A stretch of DNA of 24,521 nt, from NCBI GenBank assembly GCA_038087875.1, contig JAXLNO010000605.1, forward strand, positions 124,001 to 148,521. Direction: 5' to 3'. Source of the DNA: Malacoraja senta. Taxonomy: Eukaryota. The position numbers and the translations under genes were made by a program. Shown piece by piece: positions 19,629-24,521 of the stretch; within the stretch, counting starts at the first letter, position 1, and each line of letters opens with the position of its first letter. Below the pieces are notes generated by a model. It saw only the letters and a list, made by a program, of their open reading frames with translations. It searched no databases and had not been told where the DNA came from.

Positions 19629-20038
19629 AGCGTTCACGCAGTGCAACAGCGACGACCGGGAGTACAGGCGCTCCCGCTACACGTCGGTGGAAAATAAACA
19701 GCAGACCATCAGGTAAGTCTTACTCTGAGGTCGTAATCAGCAAGCTGTGCTCTGCTCTCTATTCCAGGGGAACTGGGAAAATAAGCTGCACGGCAAAGGA
19801 AGAAAACCGCCCCCCGTTCGTCTCCAACAGAACGTGAGTGTTCCATCAGTGGGGGGCGAGAGGCGGCACCTGGACCGCACATGCTGCGGCACACCCTCAT
19901 CGAGACCGAGCCGAGCCCAGTCCCGCTAGCGCAGCCTGACCAACAGGCAAATCAAGGCAAAACATACCGGCCGGTTATGTCTCACTCCGATGAGGAGGCA
20001 CTCCGCCTTAGAGCGGCAGAGCTAGCTGCCTGAGCCAC

Positions 20039-20996
20039 ATGGAAAGGGTCATGGAGCAAATGCTCCAGCGAGACTTGCTTCAGGAGCTGGAGCAGTCTTG
20101 CCAAGGGAACTCAGGCACTCCCACATCAGTGCTCTACAATGCACTGGCCATCGCTTTCCCCTCAAAGCAGGGCAGCGTTGGCGACCAGGGCTGGGCTGGT
20201 CAGGAACAGAGGTCATTGGCTGAAGATGTCGGGAGTACGCTTGGGGTACAGGATCAGGAAAAGCTGCTGGGTGTGGAGATTCGCTACGTGGTTACACCAC
20301 GAGCAGGGCGGCCGTTGCAGCCCAAACTGGCGGCCAGCATTAACGACCTGTCCCTCAAACCCCTACAAGACAGGTACTTAATGAGGCACTAGAGCTGGAA
20401 AACTGCAGTTCGCTCAATGTACCGGCTGTTAACAGCCAAATCTGGGGGGGGGGGGGGTATGTGGGACAGAGTATCCGGAACCAGGAGCTAAAATACTCAA
20501 GCTCCTGACGACAGGGATAACAGCCTATGCTCGTTCCGTGGATGGGGTGGATATGACCACAAACCAGCAAGACACTCTGGCTCTGCTGTGCAACACCCAA
20601 TATGAGATAAACAACCTCCGCAAGGAGAGAATAAGACCTGCCCTCAATCCCAGGTTTGCAGGACAGTGTAAAACACCGGCCTCAGAGCCGCAGATCCCAT
20701 CATTTGGAAGGGCAAGTGAAAGACCTGGAGGAGAGTCGAAAGCATTTGGCCTCATGAGGGCAGGCCCCGGAACGAGCAGACCCACACAAAAACCAGACGG
20801 CAGTACCCCACCGCGTCCACCAGTCGAGGTCAACTTTATGGAACTGGTGAAAGCTCGGGGTCCGCATATTATCCCCGAAAGCCTTTTTAGGCCAGGGCCC
20901 AGAGCGGACCCCATGGAAAATGTGCCACCCCCAATCAACGGTACATCCAGCAGTACTACGACGGATGAACAAACGGAAGAAGGAACACTACCATAA
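20039..20996 (+). pseudogene. DIRS gag-like ORF1 (frameshifted)
   Basis: Segments PKLAASIN.., ENCSSLNVPAVNSQIW, LALLCNTQYEINNLRKERIRPALNP; position 5' of RT. Boundaries are approximate. Confidence 0.65.
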
Positions 20997-21049
20997 CTAT
21001 GGAGGTAGGTGGGTCTGGTTCCTACCAGCATGTAAAAATGGGGGAACTG

Positions 21050-22930
21050 TACTAACAGGGGGGACATTACACCTGTTCATTGAAGCATGGAGGTGTCTCA
21101 CGAATGATAGTTATATACTTAACAGTATTCGGGGATACAAAATAGAGTTCATTCAAGAAAACATGCCACCAGTTCAGCACGTACCCCAAAGGGTCTTTAC
21201 CCTCTCAGTCAAAGAGAACTAGAGGCTCAAGCAGAACTGGTGAGGTTACTTACAAAGGGTGTCATTGAGAAATCCAAACATGAACCTTTGGAATTTGTCT
21301 CAAATATATTTACCAAAAGCAAAAAAGATGGTGGATGTCGCATCATCATTGACTTAACCTCACTAAATACCTTTGTTAAGTATGTACATTTCAAAATGGA
21401 AACATTTGTAACTGCTAAACAACTGATTTCCAAACGATACTTTATGGCAGGCATTGATTTAAAAGATGCCTACTATTCAGTACCCATTCACAAGGGTCAT
21501 CGCAGATACCTGAAATTTACCTGGATGGGGCAACTATGGCAGTATAAAGTGTTGCCTAATGGGTTGACATCAGCCCTAGACTATTTACCAAGATATTAAA
21601 ACCAGCCTTGGCAACATTAACGAAACAAAGACATATTGTCATGGCGTATCTTGATGATGTCCTAATAGTAGGCAAAACCATGGAGTTGACTAAATCAGCT
21701 GTATTAGCTACCAAACAATTGTTTGAAACCCTGGGTTTTGTCATACATCCAGATAAATCTAAGTTGACGCCATCCACAACTATGGACTATCTGGGATTCA
21801 CAATTAACTCAATCCACATGTCTGTAATGTTGCCAAAAGATAAAGCAGCAGAATTGCACAGACGTGCAACAATTTAATGGTAAGCAATCGACCAACCATC
21901 CGACAAGTGGCAAGAGTAATTGGCAAAATGGTAGCAGCATTTTCAGCTACACAATTTGGACTCCTGCACTATCAGCACCTACAAAGGGCAAAAGTACAGG
22001 CGTTGAAACGACATGCAGGTCACTTTGACCGAACAATGAAACTACCCATTGAAGCAATATCAGAGTTACAATGGTGGATATAACACATTTGGCATAGTTC
22101 CAGCCCTATCATCATCAATAACCCAATGTTAACTATACAAACAGATGCCAGTGCTCAAGGCTGGAGAGCAACTAATACCATATCCAGCACAGGTGGTAGA
22201 TGGACTAACCTAGACTCATCTTTACTACAAACATTGGGCATAAATTATTTGGAAATGTTGGGTGCGTTTTATGGTTTTAAAGCATATTCTAGGAATATGC
22301 ACAACTTGCATGTTCATTTACAAATTGATAATATCACGGTGGTGGCCTATATTAACCATATGGGCGGAATAAAATCGATATCATGTGACAATTGGGTCAA
22401 CACAATCTGGTAATGGTGGGTCGATAGACATATTTGGCTATCAGCAACTTACCTACCAGGTAAGCTAAATACAGTGCCAGGTCACGCAAATTCAATGATA
22501 AACACCGAATGGATGTTAAATCCTAGAGCTTTTGCTAAAATTACAAACCAATATGGCACACCAGATATCGATCTCTTTGCATCCAGACTAAATCACCACG
22601 TACCAATGTATGTCCCTTGGGAACCACACCCTGAGGCAGCAGCGATAGATGCATTCGCGCTGAACTGGGGGACCTATTTCTTCTATGCTTTTCCCCCCCT
22701 TCTGCCTTAATCTGTAGGGTACTACGCAAAATACAGATGGACTCTGCTTCAGGTATTTTGATAGTACCAACTGGCCTACACAGCCATGGTTCCCAGTGGT
22801 ACTCGACATGGTCATCGAAACTCCTATGACCTTTCCCAGTAGCCCAGACCTATTGACGCACCCTGTATCAGGCATAAGTCATCCATGCCATGACAAAATT
22901 AACCTACTGGGTTGCAGATTATCAAAAGAC
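21050..22930 (+). pseudogene. DIRS pol: reverse transcriptase, RNase H and adenine-methyltransferase-like domain
   Basis: GGTLHLFIEAW..GYKIEF; KKDGGCRIIIDL; IDLKDAYYSVPI; VLPNGL; YLDD; TDAS..GW; INYLE; IDN..VAYIN; IDLFAS; DAF..W; YAFPP. Several stops and frameshifts. Confidence 0.93.
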
Positions 22931-23894
22931 CACTGCTGGGACTGGGGTGTCTGACAGGACCATCAACATGATGACACCGTATGTCCACCAGGAAACAATA
23001 CCTATCGAGCATCAGGAAGTGGGAAAGATACTGCTCGACTACTGGGACAACGTACTCATCTGCAACCATAACCCATGTACTGGAGTTCCTGGGGGGCCTT
23101 CACCATAATGAAGGATTGAGCTACAGCGCCATCAATACTGCCAGACGTGCGCTGTCAGCCTACTTAAAACAGGTGCCAGGACAACAGGCCATAGGGTCTC
23201 AACCGCTGGTGATCAAACTCATGAGGAGTATCGTCAACTCCAAACCTCTTAGACCTAGGTATACCCAAATCTGGGATGTCAGTGTGGTCCTGACATACCT
23301 AAGGGGATGGTCCCCAGCCAGGTCTCACCCTGGAAAAGCTAACCCTGAAAACGGTCATGCTGATGCCACTAGTCTCAGCACAAAGAGTCCAGTCCCTCCA
23401 CTTACTGCGACTGGACAACATGGTTATAACACCAGACCGGGTCTCATTCACCATTCAGGAGCTGCTAAAGCAGAGCAAGCCAGGAACTTGAGTCCTAGTT
23501 ATGGATTTCCGGGCATACCCACCTGACCTACGGTTGTGTGTCATGACTCACTTATTCACTTACATCAACACAACAAGAGATTCTCGAGGGAGAAGGATTT
23601 TTTTTATTATAATAAATAAATAAATAAATACAAATAAAAGCCTTATGGGTCAGCCACAAGAAACCTCATGGTTGGGTGTCGAGCCAAACCGTCTCGAGAT
23701 GGCTCAAGCAGGTACTGGGAGCTGCTGGAGTAGATACTGATGTATATACATCTCACTCCACCAGGGCAGCATCCACATCGGTGGCTAAAAGAATGAACAT
23801 GGAGAAAACGTTCCAAACGTTCTACCACAAGCCGCAAGCAGAACCTGTGTTATTTGCAGATACTTTTAAAATCTGCAAAAAATATATAATTTAA
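22930..23894 (+). pseudogene. DIRS tyrosine recombinase
   Basis: STRKQY..W, GLSYSAINTAR..LS, PRYTQIWDV, LTLKT..LVSAQRVQSL (catalytic R), HSTRAASTS, TFQTFY (catalytic Y); the segment that normally carries the GW motif appears deleted. Confidence 0.92.
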
Positions 23895-24045
23895 GCCTTT
23901 TGCCTTTTGTTATTGTTTAATAGATTCCATTTTTGTTTACAAATAGATTATGGTTTATTACGATAACATACTTCCTCCCTTGAATGACTTCGGCAGCGAG
24001 TGAAGTATGAACTGTTACACGGTTTGAAATCACAGAGCTTTAAAA

Positions 24046-24158
24046 TCTTCATGTAGTCACTCACGTGACTCCGAAGTAAAATAGTAAGATTAAACGAGAA
24101 CTTACCAGTTTGAAGTTTGATCTGTATTTTATGAGGAGTTACGATGAGGGATTACGTG
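24046..24158. repeat. DIRS internal complementary region (ICR)
   Basis: 24046-24082 is complementary to 19565-19601 (36/37); 24080-24158 is complementary to 24302-24380 (78/79). Confidence 0.95.
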
Positions 24159-24270
24159 CCCTCCGCTCCCACCCTCAATTATAGATCAACTGGTATCTTA
24201 GTTCTCCTTTTCTTTACTATGGTTATTTCAATTATTGTGTTTCCTGTGATTCCACACCTCTGCTTTGAAG

Positions 24271-24380
24271 AATGTCGCGCATGCGTGCTGGACGGGCTCT
24301 TCACGTAATCCCTCATCGTAACTCCTCATAAAATACAGATCAAACTTCAAACTGGTAAGTTCTCGTTGAATCTTACTATT
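24271..24380. repeat. DIRS right ITR plus right extension
   Basis: ITR 24271-24307 followed by the extension that pairs with the ICR. Confidence 0.95.
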
Positions 24381-24521
24381 ATAGACTATTTAGCCTGACA
24401 TCATTAGTGGGGAAGATGCTTGAGTCGATTATTAAAGATGTAATAGCAGCGCATATGGAAAGCAGTGACAGGTGACAGTAGAATGGATAAGGGAGAGCCA
24501 GTGGAAGTGGTGTATTTGGGC
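24381..24521 (+). mobile_element. Continuation of the host CR1 RT
   Basis: YRLFSLTSLVGKMLESIIKDVIAAH..(deletion)..DKGEPVEVVYL, directly following GGRE..GN at 19567. Confidence 0.92.

Larger units (their letters stand above)
19565..24380 (+). mobile_element. Full-length DIRS1-like tyrosine-recombinase retrotransposon (coding-decayed)
   Basis: ITRs 19592-19628 and 24271-24307, ICR 24046-24158, gag / RT / RNase H / MTase-like / YR relics, no extended TSD; host CR1 is contiguous across it. Confidence 0.96.

Noticed and set aside
21050..23894. Novel RT + methyltransferase + integrase system (retron, DGR or prophage-like)
   Set aside because: The domain order plus ITR and ICR are fully explained by the known DIRS1 class.

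Overview
Repeat-dense eukaryotic DNA, most likely from a cartilaginous fish such as a skate or ray. That is inferred from the CR1 LINE, HE1/V-SINE-like and Penelope repeat content; there is no prokaryotic gene organisation. Most of the window is nested transposon debris: several CR1 LINE fragments, Rex1/Babar and L1/Tx1 3' ends, Penelope pieces with hammerhead-like cores, a Tc1 transposase relic, an 881-bp solo LTR and a 521-bp hAT MITE. There is also a structurally complete but coding-decayed 4.8-kb DIRS1-type tyrosine-recombinase retrotransposon (19565-24380), whose ITRs, internal complementary region and 3-bp ATT crossover core can all be read directly. The only host coding sequence recognised is the first coding exon of a TRIM (RING + B-box) gene on the minus strand (12100-12525). 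It has a perfect ISRE core just upstream, and its B-box is scrambled by three 4-bp insertions that together restore the frame. A dense CpG-rich promoter-like cluster lies at about 300-460, and a 50-bp minisatellite built from a LINE/SINE 3' end lies at 11467-12022. Family assignments are from motif recognition, not database searches.
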